DNA from: Sulfuricurvum sp.
GTDB taxonomy: Bacteria; Campylobacterota; Campylobacteria; Campylobacterales; Sulfurimonadaceae
NCBI GenBank assembly: GCA_003245815.1
Contig: QKCD01000053.1
Coordinates: 14,955 to 78,954 of the forward strand
Length of the DNA: 64,000 nucleotides
Direction: 5' to 3'
The notes below the pieces were generated by a model. That model was not told where the DNA came from and searched no databases. It saw only the letters and a list, made by a program, of their open reading frames with translations. How positions within the stretch are numbered: position 1 is the stretch's first letter; each line of letters starts with the position of its first letter. The position numbers and the translations under genes are program-made. This document shows, in pieces, positions 34,502 to 43,437 of the stretch.

Positions 34502-36467
34502 CTTCCTCCGATGCCTCGGCATGAGCCGCCTCCTCGGCGGCTTCACGGCTACTCAGGGGCTGGAGTTTACTCTCCATGCCGTTGGCCGTCTCGAATGCCG
34601 CGATAATATCGCGCACCTGCTTGCCGCTGATGTTCTCCTTCTCGAAGAGCAGCGCGACCATATCCTCGATGGCGTTGCGGTACTCCTCGAGGCGTGCCTT
34701 GACACCGCTGTAGTGCTCGGCCAGGGTTTTTTTGATGTAGGTATCCATCTCTTCGGCCATCTTCTCGCTGTATTCGCGTGACGTCTGCATGCCGCCGCCG
34801 AGGAAGGAGTTGCGCTGCTTCTCGAGCACCATCAGCCCCGCCACCTCGCTCATGCCGTAGACCTGGACCATCCCCTTGATGATGTCCGTCGCCCGCTCGA
34901 GGTCGTTGCCCGCGCCGGTCGAGATCTCGCCGAGGAAGACCTCTTCGGCCGCACGGCCGCCCAGCAGCACATCGACCTCAGCCAGGAGCTCATGCTTCTG
35001 GGCGAGGTACTTGTTCTCCTCGGGCGTGTTGAGGGTATATCCCAGCGCGGCGAGGCCGCGGGGGACGATGGAGACCTTGGAAACCTTCTTCGCCCCCTTC
35101 GTCGTCTCCGCCAGCAGGGCGTGGCCGCTCTCGTGGTAGGCGACGATCCGCTTCTCCTTCTCATCGATGCGGCGGCTCTTCTTCGCAAGACCGGCGATGG
35201 CGCGTTCGACCGATTCGCGCAGGTCCGCTTGCTTGACGCTCTTCTGGCTCTTGCGGCCCGCGAGCAGCGCCGCCTCGTTGACGATGTTGGCCAGATCGGC
35301 ACCGGCCAGGCCCGCCGTCAGGCGTGCGATCTCTTCGATATCGACGTCCGCGTCCTGCTTGACCGCCTTGATGTGGACGTTCAGAATATCGATACGTCCC
35401 TGGAAATCGGGCTTGTCCACCAGGACCTGGCGGTCAAAACGGCCCGGGCGCAGCAGCGCGGGGTCGAGGATCTCCGGGCGGTTCGTCGCCGCGAGGATGA
35501 TGATCGGCGTATCGGTACTGAAGCCGTCCATCTCCGCCAGCAGCTGATTGAGAGTCTGCTCGCGCTCGTCGTTGCCCCCCATCATGCTCCCCGCCGCGCG
35601 GCTCTTGCCGATCGCGTCGATCTCGTCGATAAAGATGATCGACGGGGCGTCTTTTTTTGCCTGTTCAAAAAGGTCACGGACCCGTGCCGCGCCGACACCG
35701 ACGAACATCTCGATAAAGCTCGATCCGGAGACGGAGAAGAAGGGAACGTCCGCCTCGCCCGCAACCGCCTTGGCCAGCAGGGTCTTCCCGGTACCCGGGC
35801 TGCCAACGAGCAGGACCCCTTTGGGGATCTTCGCACCAAGCTCCACGTAGCGCTCCGGGTAGCGGAGGAAGTCGACGATCTCGTGGACCTCCTCCTTCGC
35901 CTCCTGCGCCCCGGCGACGTCGTCAAACTTCGTCTTCGGCTTTTCGGAGTTGACCAGTTTCTTGGACTGTCCCATCCCCAGGATGCTGCCGCCCATGTTG
36001 CGCTGCATCCGCCCGGCGAAGAACATCCAGATGGCGATGATGATCAAAAACGGCAGCAGCCAGCCGAACATCTCCGTGAACCAGTTGCTCTCGGAGAAGC
36101 CGCTGTAGTCGACCCCCTGCTTGTCCAGCAGCGGGATCAGGGTGCTGTCCTGCCCGACCATGCGCGTCGTATAGATGACCTTGTGACCATCCTGCGTGCC
36201 CCGGGCGCGGATGAAGCTCTGGCCGATCGCCACCTCTTCGACCTGCTTGTTCTCGATCAGCTTTTTCAGCTCCGCGTAGCTCACTTCCTGGCTGCGGGCC
36301 GGCTGCGAACCGAATTCGCCGCCGATGGAGCCCCCCTCGCCGATCAGCGCCTTGAAGAGCATGATGATGACGATGGAGAAGATGGCAAACGTGATCAGCG
36401 GGTTTTTATTGAAAAAATTATCGTTCTTCTGATTATTGTCGTTATTGTTGTCGTAATTGTTACTCAT
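34485..36467 (-). CDS. ftsH: ATP-dependent zinc metalloprotease FtsH
   Basis: 660 aa. Walker [12 protein letters not shown] region, and HEAGHA-type zinc site (HESGHAL). Confidence 0.97.
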   Translation of the reverse strand: MSNNYDNNNDNNQKNDNFFNKNPLITFAIFSIVIIMLFKALIGEGGSIGGEFGSQPARSQEVSYAELKKLIENKQVEEVAIGQSFIRARGTQDGHKVIYTTRMVGQDSTLIPLLDKQGVDYSGFSESNWFTEMFGWLLPFLIIIAIWMFFAGRMQRNMGGSILGMGQSKKLVNSEKPKTKFDDVAGAQEAKEEVHEIVDFLRYPERYVELGAKIPKGVLLVGSPGTGKTLLAKAVAGEADVPFFSVSGSSFIEMFVGVGAARVRDLFEQAKKDAPSIIFIDEIDAIGKSRAAGSMMGGNDEREQTLNQLLAEMDGFSTDTPIIILAATNRPEILDPALLRPGRFDRQVLVDKPDFQGRIDILNVHIKAVKQDADVDIEEIARLTAGLAGADLANIVNEAALLAGRKSQKSVKQADLRESVERAIAGLAKKSRRIDEKEKRIVAYHESGHALLAETTKGAKKVSKVSIVPRGLAALGYTLNTPEENKYLAQKHELLAEVDVLLGGRAAEEVFLGEISTGAGNDLERATDIIKGMVQVYGMSEVAGLMVLEKQRNSFLGGGMQTSREYSEKMAEEMDTYIKKTLAEHYSGVKARLEEYRNAIEDMVALLFEKENISGKQVRDIIAAFETANGMESKLQPLSSREAAEEAAHAEASEEDDGTK

Positions 36468-36525
36468 ATACCGGTTCCTTGCGTTAATCTCCTGATTGTG
36501 GTGCGATGGCGGCGGAGGGGCGGGG

Positions 36526-37365
36526 TCATTCCGCCCCGGAGGGGAGCGCGACCACCAGCGTGACCCACTCGTCCTGCGCGATGCGGCGTTGGAGCTCCAG
36601 CGCGCGGTACGCCTGCATCACTTTATCTTCGTATTTGTCCAAAATCCCTGAAAGAATCAGAGTACCGCCGGGATTCAGCGCCGCTTTCAGGTCCGATGCG
36701 AGCATCACGAGGACATCGGCGACGATGTTGGCGATCACAACGTCGTAGCTTCCCGTCCGTTTCTGCACGGAACCTTCCCATAGCGTATCGAAGGCAACAC
36801 CGTTAAGCTCCGCGTTCTCCCGGGCGTTCTCGACGCTGACGGGGTCCGTGTCGCAGGCGTCGACCTGGGCGCCGAGTTTCAGCGCGGCGATCCCGAGGAT
36901 CCCACTGCCGCAGCCCACGTCGAGGACCCGCATACCCGGGGTGACCGTGGAGCCAACGGCGCTGAGGCATGACGCCGTCGTCGGGTGGTGCCCGGTACCG
37001 AAGGCGAGGGCCGGGTCGATGGCGATGTTGTGCATCCCCGCTTTGGGCTCCGTCCAGGTCGGGTGGATGTAGAAGGGGGGTACCTCGACGGGGGTGATCC
37101 CCTCCTGGTAGGCGCTCACCCAGTCGGCGTTCTTCTCGACGGAGAACTCCAGTTCCACGTCGACCGGTTCGCCCAGGGCTTTGCCGAGGGCTTCGGCGAA
37201 CTGCTCGACCCCCCAGCCGATCGTCTCGAGCTCCTCTTCGCTGCGGATGATCAATGTGCCGTCAAGCTCTTCGAAGCCGACGGGAAGGGTATCGGAAAGG
37301 AAATCGCTGAATAGTGCCAGGTGCGCGGAGGGCGTCACCTTAAGGCAGTAGTAATGGTCCTGCAT
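36526..37365 (-). CDS. prmA: ribosomal protein L11 methyltransferase
   Basis: 279 aa. IDPALAFGTGHHPTT and VLDVGCGSGILGIAA motifs. Confidence 0.92.
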   Translation of the reverse strand: MQDHYYCLKVTPSAHLALFSDFLSDTLPVGFEELDGTLIIRSEEELETIGWGVEQFAEALGKALGEPVDVELEFSVEKNADWVSAYQEGITPVEVPPFYIHPTWTEPKAGMHNIAIDPALAFGTGHHPTTASCLSAVGSTVTPGMRVLDVGCGSGILGIAALKLGAQVDACDTDPVSVENARENAELNGVAFDTLWEGSVQKRTGSYDVVIANIVADVLVMLASDLKAALNPGGTLILSGILDKYEDKVMQAYRALELQRRIAQDEWVTLVVALPSGAE

Positions 37366-37370
37366 TGAGA

Positions 37371-37742
37371 TTATTCAACTCCCATGACGGCGGAGAGCTT
37401 CTCTTTGAGAACCTGGGGGGTGAAGGGTTTGACGATGTAGTTGTTTACGCCCGCCTTCAGGGCTGTAATCACTTCGGCTTTGCCGCCTTCAGTCGTGACC
37501 ATGATAATCGGCAGGTCGGCGAACCGTGCGTCGGCGCGCACCTTGCGCACCAGTTCCAGGCCGTTCATCTCCGGCATGTTCCAGTCGGTGATCAGCATGC
37601 CCGCATCGGGGTTGGCATTGAGCACTTCCCAACCCTGCACGCCGTCTTCGCCTTCGAGTACGTCTTTGTAGCCGAGACGTGCCAGCGTATTCTTGATGAT
37701 ACGCCGCATCGTCGAACTGTCGTCAACTACTACTAGTTTCAA
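37371..37742 (-). CDS. cheY: chemotaxis response regulator CheY (TTG start)
   Basis: (M)KLVVVDDSSTMRRIIKNTLARLGY…ITDWNMPEMNGLELV…IMVTTEGGKAEVITALKAGVNNYIVKPFTPQVLKEKL. This is near-identical in pattern to the C. jejuni CheY I remember. TTG at 37742 with AAGGA 7 nt upstream; the track ATG at 37760 adds 6 unlikely residues. Confidence 0.93.
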   Translation of the reverse strand: MKLVVVDDSSTMRRIIKNTLARLGYKDVLEGEDGVQGWEVLNANPDAGMLITDWNMPEMNGLELVRKVRADARFADLPIIMVTTEGGKAEVITALKAGVNNYIVKPFTPQVLKEKLSAVMGVE

Positions 37743-37806
37743 TCCGCATCCTTTGTGCATACGTTGTTCATGAGGTCACTTATAATATCCTATATGAACT
37801 TTGCAG

Positions 37807-38511
37807 TTACTTTAAAAGTATTTTCTGCAGGTCAATCGTGCCCTCGTAATAAGCTTTTCCAACGATGACGCCGGCGATCTCTCCGGTCCCCTCTAGGGCT
37901 TCGATATCACTTTCGTCCTTCACCCCGCCGCTGGCGATGGTGGGAATCCCGCTGGCCCGCGCGATGTCGAGGGTGAAATCGACGTTCACCCCGCTGAGCA
38001 TGCCGTCGCGGCCCACGTCGGTGCAGATGATCGCCTCGACGCCCGCATCGGCAAAGGCGCGGGCCAGCTCCGTCGCCTTCATCTCGCTCACTTCGCCCCA
38101 CCCCTCGACGGCAACGTAGCCGTCAATGGCGTCGATGCCGACAACGACGGGGTACTTCGCCGCCATCGCCTTGACGAATGCGGGGTCCTTGACGGCGATG
38201 GAACCGAGGATGATCCGGTCGATCCCGAGGTCGAGGTAGCGCTTAATGGTCGCCTCGTCGCGGATGCCGCCGCCGAGTTCGAGCTTGACGCCGCAGTTCT
38301 GGCGGATCTTCGCGATCTGTTCAAGGTTCTTCGGCTCGCCGGCGAAGGCGCCGTTGAGATCGACGAGGTGTACCCACTCCGCCCCCATCTCTTCGAAGGT
38401 CTTGACCAGCTCCCACGGTTCGTCGGAGTAGATCTTCGCGCTCTCCATCAGCCCCTTGGTGAGGCGTACCGCCTTGCCGTCTTTGAGATCGATTGCCGGG
38501 AAAATTGTCAT
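37807..38511 (-). CDS. hisA: 1-(5-phosphoribosyl)-5-[(5-phosphoribosylamino)methylideneamino]imidazole-4-carboxamide isomerase
   Basis: 234 aa. [17 protein letters not shown]… and the GG…SGG pattern of HisA. Confidence 0.95.
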   Translation of the reverse strand: MTIFPAIDLKDGKAVRLTKGLMESAKIYSDEPWELVKTFEEMGAEWVHLVDLNGAFAGEPKNLEQIAKIRQNCGVKLELGGGIRDEATIKRYLDLGIDRIILGSIAVKDPAFVKAMAAKYPVVVGIDAIDGYVAVEGWGEVSEMKATELARAFADAGVEAIICTDVGRDGMLSGVNVDFTLDIARASGIPTIASGGVKDESDIEALEGTGEIAGVIVGKAYYEGTIDLQKILLK

Positions 38512-38562
38512 GTCGTTTCTGTCCTTGGTATGATGTTCGATGGGCGGGATGCGGCGCTGCCG

Positions 38563-39174
38563 CTAGAGCCCGATAAAATTGCGCAGGATCTGCAGGCCGT
38601 TCTTGTGGCTCTTCTCCGGGTGGGGCTGGATACCCAGGACGTTGTCGTGGGCCACCGCGCTGGTGAAGCTGTAGCCGTACTCCGTCCGGCCGATGCTGTC
38701 GGCACCGTCGTCGCAGACGGCATGGTAGGAGTGGACGAAATAGAGGTAGTGCGCCGCGTCGAGCTTGTCGAAGAGCGGGTGTTCTTTGGTAAACATCCGG
38801 TTCCATCCCATATGCGGCACCTTAAGCGGATGGCTGAAGCGGCGGGTATCGAAGGCCTGGACCCGTCCCTTGATCAGCCCGAGCCCCTCGTTGGGGCCGA
38901 ACTCGTCGCTCTCCTCGAAGAGCAGCTGCATCCCCAGGCAGATCCCCATCATGTAGCGGCCGCTTTTCGCGTAATGGCGCAGCGCCTCGTCCATCCCGCG
39001 CTCGCGGAGGTGTTCCATCGCGTCGCCGAAGGCGCCGACGCCGGGAAGGATCAGCTTTTCGTAGCGCTTGAAATTGTCCGGGTCCGACTCGACCGTCGCA
39101 TCGACGCCGAGCACCTTGAAGGCGTTTCTGACGCTGGCGAGATTGCCCATGTTGTAGTCAACGATTCCTATCAT
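38563..39174 (-). CDS. hisH: imidazole glycerol phosphate synthase, glutaminase subunit
   Basis: 203 aa. IGIVDYNMGNL, nucleophile elbow GICLGMQLL, and C-terminal GIQPHPEKS (canonical QFHPEKS position). Confidence 0.95.
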   Translation of the reverse strand: MIGIVDYNMGNLASVRNAFKVLGVDATVESDPDNFKRYEKLILPGVGAFGDAMEHLRERGMDEALRHYAKSGRYMMGICLGMQLLFEESDEFGPNEGLGLIKGRVQAFDTRRFSHPLKVPHMGWNRMFTKEHPLFDKLDAAHYLYFVHSYHAVCDDGADSIGRTEYGYSFTSAVAHDNVLGIQPHPEKSHKNGLQILRNFIGL

Positions 39175-40076
39175 TCTTCACTGCTCTTGTTGGTAAATTT
39201 GATATAGATGGCCAGGCCGATCAGCAGGATCGCCACCCCGCCGATGATGTAGATCGCGTTGATCAGCATCCCCGGTTCCGTCATGGCGAACTTGAACACG
39301 AGCATCAGCGCCTCGATGGAAAGGGCGATGATGATCGAGCCGAGAAACCGCACCATCGTCTTGTGGGGGTCGAAGGTGCTGCCGCGCCGATGCTGCCCCA
39401 GCACCTCCTCCTCGAAGAGGGTCTTCACCAGGTCGAAGATCGCCAGCGAGAGCGTCAGCAGGATCGTCGCCTCAAAAATCTCCTTGATGTCGATGACCTG
39501 GAAGTTGAGGCCGTGCACGAAGAACTGCTCGATCCCCTTGACGAAGAGCAGAAGGGCGACCATCGCCAGGGCCAGGGAGAAGGCACTGTAGGCGTAGCGG
39601 AACACCTTGCCGAAGAAGCTGCCCGCCGCCATCGGGTGGGCGATCTGCAGCACCGTGTCCAAGGGCATGTCGAGGCAGGCGACGTAGCGGATCTCCCCCG
39701 TCTCGTTGAAGATCGGCTGCGAAGCGGTCACCGTCAGCTCCTGGGTGATCAGCGACGGGTAGGGATCGGTGATCGTGCAGCGCTTCTCCCGCATGGCGCG
39801 GTAGTAGTAGGCCCGGTTCGCGCGGATCATCCCCGCGTCCTCGTTGAGGATCTCCGACTTCGTATAGGTCGGCGTCACCTGAACCCCCCGTTCGTCGAGC
39901 AGGTAGATCCCCTCGCAGTCCTTGAGGTCCCCCTTGATCTTCTGCATCCGCTCCATGATCGATTCGACGGAGATCGAGGGCAGGCGGTTGGGGAGGTTCT
40001 TGGAGAAGAGGTAGCAGAAGTAGGCCCGCGCCTTCGTGCGGATCTCTTCGAAGTTCTGGATATCACGGGTCTGCAT
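39171..40076 (-). CDS. membrane protein: N-terminal Cache/PAS-like fold fused to a PsiE-like 4-TM domain
   Basis: Start trimmed to MQTRDIQNF… with GAGGAA upstream. …RANRAYYYRAMREKRCTITDPYPSLITQELTVTASQPIFNETGEIRYVACLDMPL… matches the Cache-type ligand-binding pattern. The C-terminal half is hydrophobic and PsiE-like. Its TGA overlaps the hisH ATG (ATGA). Confidence 0.6.
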   Translation of the reverse strand: MQTRDIQNFEEIRTKARAYFCYLFSKNLPNRLPSISVESIMERMQKIKGDLKDCEGIYLLDERGVQVTPTYTKSEILNEDAGMIRANRAYYYRAMREKRCTITDPYPSLITQELTVTASQPIFNETGEIRYVACLDMPLDTVLQIAHPMAAGSFFGKVFRYAYSAFSLALAMVALLLFVKGIEQFFVHGLNFQVIDIKEIFEATILLTLSLAIFDLVKTLFEEEVLGQHRRGSTFDPHKTMVRFLGSIIIALSIEALMLVFKFAMTEPGMLINAIYIIGGVAILLIGLAIYIKFTNKSSEE

Positions 40077-40140
40077 GACGGTTCCTCGGATCCCTGGATC
40101 TACCGCGCCCGTTTTCCGGCCGCGGCGCAAAGATGACGCG

Positions 40141-40148
40141 ATTATAGC
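40141..40148 (-). promoter_or_regulatory. -10 box GCTATAAT for the Cache-PsiE/hisH/hisA transcription unit
   Basis: Reverse complement of 40141-40148 is GCTATAAT, 64 nt upstream of ATG 40076. Confidence 0.45.
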
Positions 40149-40169
40149 GTAGCCTCGGTCTATCTCCGG

Positions 40170-40187
40170 TTAAGGGGCTTCCCTTAA
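40170..40187. promoter_or_regulatory. perfect hairpin/palindrome TTAAGGG-gctt-CCCTTAA in a divergent promoter region
   Basis: 7-bp arms seen directly, located between the two divergent -10 boxes (40141-40148 and 40198-40205). Confidence 0.4.
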
Positions 40188-40197
40188 TGGGGCTTAC

Positions 40198-40205
40198 GCT
40201 ATAGT
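40198..40205 (+). promoter_or_regulatory. -10 box GCTATAGT for the lipid A acyltransferase gene
   Basis: 34 nt upstream of GTG 40240. AGGA at 40232-40235. Confidence 0.4.
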
Positions 40206-40239
40206 TTTACAACAAATATATCGCTTTTCAGGATGGTGT

Positions 40240-41127
40240 GTGCTCGCTTACCGGCTCTTTCAAGGCTTCGTTTTTATCCTCTACCTCTTTCCCTACGGCT
40301 GGCGGAAACGCTTCTTCATCGCCCTGGCCCGTCTCGCCTACCGGTTCGACCGCCAGCGCCGCCGTGTCATCCGCCAGAACCTGGCGTTCGCCTTCGGCGA
40401 CACGATGAGCGAGGAGCGCATTGAAACGATCAGCCGCGCCTGCTTCGACAACCTCGCCCTGAATATGATGCAGATCGTCGAGAACCATCACAGTACCCCC
40501 GGCCAGATCGCCGAGAAGATCACCTACGAAAACCTCGAGCTTGTCGAGAAGGTGATCGCGCAGGGGCGGCCGATTGTCTTCTCCTCCGCCCATTTCGGCC
40601 TCTGGGAACTGGGGGCCGTGGCGCTCAGCAGCCAGCTCAGACCCGCGATGATCGTCTACAAGAAGATCAAGAACCCCCACTTCCAGGAGTACCTTATCGC
40701 CTCCCGCGGGCATCTGGGCATGACGTCGGTCAACACCCGGGGGGCGGTGAAGGCGATGGTCAAACGGATGCGTGAGAAGGGGGCGATCGCCATCATGTCC
40801 GATATCAACACGAGCCGCAAGGACGGGGTCGCCGTCGACTTCTTCGGCCACCCCACCCTGCATCCGCGGACACCGGCCTACCTTGCCGCCAAGTTCGGCG
40901 CCGTCATCATCCCCGCCTTCTTCCACACTTACGACGGGGAGCACCATATCATCCGCTTCCACGAGCCGATTGAATCCCCTAACAGCGGGGACGAAGAGGC
41001 CGATATTTTGGAGATGACGCAGCGCCAGGCCGCGTATGTGGAGACGGCGGTACGGGAGCAGCCGGAACTCTGGTTCTGGTGTCACCGCCGCTGGCGGACC
41101 GACTACCCGGAGATCTACCGCAGGTAG
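40240..41127 (+). CDS. lipid A biosynthesis (Kdo)2-lipid IVA acyltransferase, LpxL/HtrB family
   Basis: 295 aa, GTG start. N-terminal TM, an HFGLWEL motif (family H-x4-E catalytic-dyad position), …DINTSRKDGV.VDFFG…. Confidence 0.85.
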   Translation: MLAYRLFQGFVFILYLFPYGWRKRFFIALARLAYRFDRQRRRVIRQNLAFAFGDTMSEERIETISRACFDNLALNMMQIVENHHSTPGQIAEKITYENLELVEKVIAQGRPIVFSSAHFGLWELGAVALSSQLRPAMIVYKKIKNPHFQEYLIASRGHLGMTSVNTRGAVKAMVKRMREKGAIAIMSDINTSRKDGVAVDFFGHPTLHPRTPAYLAAKFGAVIIPAFFHTYDGEHHIIRFHEPIESPNSGDEEADILEMTQRQAAYVETAVREQPELWFWCHRRWRTDYPEIYRR

Positions 41128-41130
41128 TCC

Positions 41131-41814
41131 CTAGAGGGTGCTGTAGTGGCTTTCGAGCTCCGCGTAGAGGGCTTCGGGGGTCAGCTCCCCCTCCTCTTCC
41201 CAGATCCGCTTCATGACCACGTTGTCCTCGACGCCGTGCCACTCCTTGATGTAGCTCCCCTCTTTGTAGCCGTGGTCCTGGCGGAACCGGTTGAGAATGT
41301 TTTTGCCGACATAGAGCCGGTAAAGGGAGGTCAGGTCCAGGGCGCTCATCCGCGTCAGGGTAAAGAAGTCCTCCAGCAGTTTCTCCAGCCCGAACCCCTC
41401 GCGCCGCAATGCGTCGGCCATCACCTCTTCGATCTTCGCCATCAGAGTGTCGGGGGTCTTGAAGCCGGCGGCGGGGGCCAGAAGCGCCCCGTACGCCTCC
41501 ATCTGCGCGATACGCGTCGCCAGCTCCTCGATGGAACCGAGCCCGCCGTTGCGGTACTCCTGCAGTGCCAGGCTCATAACGAAGTGCCAGACGTCGACGA
41601 CCTCGATCTGCAGGTTCGCCCAGTCGGGCTCCTGGTGAATGCTCTTCCAGTGCTTCCACGCGAAGGAGTCGACCATCTCCGCGCACTCCATGTAGATGCA
41701 GCGCTTCCAGTCGATCGTCTTGCCGTTTTTCGTTACCCCGCGTTCCCAGTTCTCGCCGTTGGTCGCGTCGTTGAGCTGCTGCTGCAACCGCAGCATCTGC
41801 AGTGCCTTATCCAT
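41131..41814 (-). CDS. dut: dimeric all-alpha dUTP diphosphatase (Campylobacter/trypanosomatid type)
   Basis: MDKALQMLRLQQQLNDATNGENW…CIYMECAEMVDSFAWKHWK…VDVWHFVMS resembles the C. jejuni dimeric dUTPase. Start set at the second ATG (41814), which has AAGGA 5 nt upstream; the track start is 41820. Confidence 0.85.
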   Translation of the reverse strand: MDKALQMLRLQQQLNDATNGENWERGVTKNGKTIDWKRCIYMECAEMVDSFAWKHWKSIHQEPDWANLQIEVVDVWHFVMSLALQEYRNGGLGSIEELATRIAQMEAYGALLAPAAGFKTPDTLMAKIEEVMADALRREGFGLEKLLEDFFTLTRMSALDLTSLYRLYVGKNILNRFRQDHGYKEGSYIKEWHGVEDNVVMKRIWEEEGELTPEALYAELESHYSTL

Positions 41815-43300
41815 CCTCATCCTTTTCCAGTAGCTCCCTGAGCAGTGCCGTCATCTCCCGGTCGGAGAAGCCTTTGCGGACCACCCTCTCGATCTCCTCC
41901 TCGTCGAAACGCTCGGAACCGAGATTGCTCAGCAGCAGAATTATCGGCTGCAATGATACCTTTTTTTTGTAGGCACGCATAAACTGGCCGAAGGAGAAGT
42001 GCTGCAGCTGGTCCTCGATGATCAGCAGCGAGGGCTGTACACGGGCCGCCCATGCCAATGCCTTGCGTTCATCGACGAAGGCCTCTACCGTCAGGGAGGC
42101 GTCGACTTTGGGCAGCAGGTATTTCAGCCGCAGGGCGTCGTCGATGTCATGCACCAGCACGAGGATCGTTTCGCGCTCCAGCGAGTCGAGATAGTCGTAG
42201 AGGTCGAAAAGCTCCTGCTGCTCGACGGAGAGCAGCTCGGGGTCGAGGGTGTTGAGATAGTACTTCAGGTAGGTCTTGGCGCAGTACTCCCCCTGAATGT
42301 GCGCCTCCTCGAAAAAGTGCTTGATCACCTTCGACTTCCGCGCCTGGCGCCACAGCTGGTCGTCGAACATGTAGGCCTGGGCGTCGAGAATGTAGAGGAT
42401 CTGGGTCCGGTACTTGCGCGATGCCTCCGTGAACTCCTCGAAGAAGCTCTGCCGGTGTTCCTTCTCGAACTCCTTCATCAGGTGCGACGCCTTTTTGAAC
42501 CGTTCGTCGAGGCTGGCGATGGAGTGAACGGTGTCGACGTAGTTCTTCTTGATCCCCTTGAACTCCTCTTCGAGTTTCGGGTAGATCGGGGAGAGGCGCA
42601 GGGTGCGGCCGAGCACCTCCTCCTTCTCCGCCAGCGTCTCCCCCAGGTACTGCTCGGTGGCCCGCAGACGCTTGAGCTCGTTCAGGCAGTACTCCGCCTC
42701 TTCGCGCAGGTAGACGTAATCGCCCTGGCGCGAGAGGAAAACCTTGTCGAAGGCAATGTCGGGGTAGGTCGCCTTCACCTTGTAGTCGTCGTAAACATGG
42801 CTCATCTGCATCAGGTCGTCGCGCATCGCCTTGAGCTCGGGGGTGATGAAGTGGACGTCGAGTTCGGTCAGGTTGTTGTAGGTCGTAAAGAGGAAGCGGC
42901 GGATCCGCAGGAAATCGAGCCGGCCCGCCGCGTTACGGTACTGGGTCCGTTCCTGGATCTGGCGCTCGATCGCGTCGAAGTAGTCGCGGATCGCTTCCGA
43001 CGGCCCGACCGAGAGCCGAATCGTCGTCGGCAGCGGGGCATCCGGGGAGGTCGAAACGGCCGCCTCCTCCGCGCCCCTCTTCAGGGGGGCTTCCGCCCCG
43101 CTCCTCGGCGCCACCGCGCTGACGACCTCAACGGCCCGCTCCCCCTCCAGGACGAAACGGACCTCCATGCCTCGTTCGGGAAGCGTCTCGTAATCGTCCC
43201 AGTCCCCCACGTCGAAGGGATATTTCGTCTTCTGTGGGGTGATAATGATGCCGACCCCCTCATCGCCGTTGTAAAAAAGGATTTTTCCGTGTTGCTGCAT
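41807..43300 (-). CDS. hypothetical protein: OB/cold-shock-like N-terminus, long helical middle, C-terminal receiver (REC)-like domain
   Basis: Start provisionally ATG 43300 (MQQHGKILFYNGDEGVGIIITPQ…); the track start 43378 adds 26 residues with atypical AT-rich codons. The C-terminus ILVLVHDIDD…SLLIIEDQL…IILLLS…VVRKGF keeps the Asp/Ser/Lys positions of receiver domains. 8-nt overlap with dut. Confidence 0.6.
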   Translation of the reverse strand: MQQHGKILFYNGDEGVGIIITPQKTKYPFDVGDWDDYETLPERGMEVRFVLEGERAVEVVSAVAPRSGAEAPLKRGAEEAAVSTSPDAPLPTTIRLSVGPSEAIRDYFDAIERQIQERTQYRNAAGRLDFLRIRRFLFTTYNNLTELDVHFITPELKAMRDDLMQMSHVYDDYKVKATYPDIAFDKVFLSRQGDYVYLREEAEYCLNELKRLRATEQYLGETLAEKEEVLGRTLRLSPIYPKLEEEFKGIKKNYVDTVHSIASLDERFKKASHLMKEFEKEHRQSFFEEFTEASRKYRTQILYILDAQAYMFDDQLWRQARKSKVIKHFFEEAHIQGEYCAKTYLKYYLNTLDPELLSVEQQELFDLYDYLDSLERETILVLVHDIDDALRLKYLLPKVDASLTVEAFVDERKALAWAARVQPSLLIIEDQLQHFSFGQFMRAYKKKVSLQPIILLLSNLGSERFDEEEIERVVRKGFSDREMTALLRELLEKDEDG

Positions 43301-43307
43301 AGAGAAG

Positions 43308-43313
43308 ATTGTA
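43308..43313 (-). promoter_or_regulatory. -10 box TACAAT 7 nt upstream of ATG 43300 (leaderless candidate)
   Basis: Reverse complement of 43308-43313 is TACAAT. No Shine-Dalgarno before the ATG. Confidence 0.35.
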
Positions 43314-43376
43314 CTACGATTTTCTAAATATGCCGAAGGGGGCCTACCCCGCCGCTTGCGGAAGGGCTCCAGGTCC

Positions 43377-43392
43377 ATGAACAGATGTTCAT
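43377..43392. promoter_or_regulatory. palindrome ATGAAC-agat-GTTCAT in the divergent intergenic region
   Basis: 6-bp arms seen directly between the two divergent -10 boxes. Confidence 0.35.
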
Positions 43393-43423
43393 ATCGAACG
43401 AACGGCGCTGTTTCGGTTAATCC

Positions 43424-43431
43424 TGTACAAT
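43424..43431 (+). promoter_or_regulatory. extended -10 box TGTACAAT 6 nt upstream of ATG 43438 (leaderless candidate)
   Basis: TGTACAAT at 43424-43431, then TAACGG and the ATG. Confidence 0.4.
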
Positions 43432-43437
43432 AACGGG

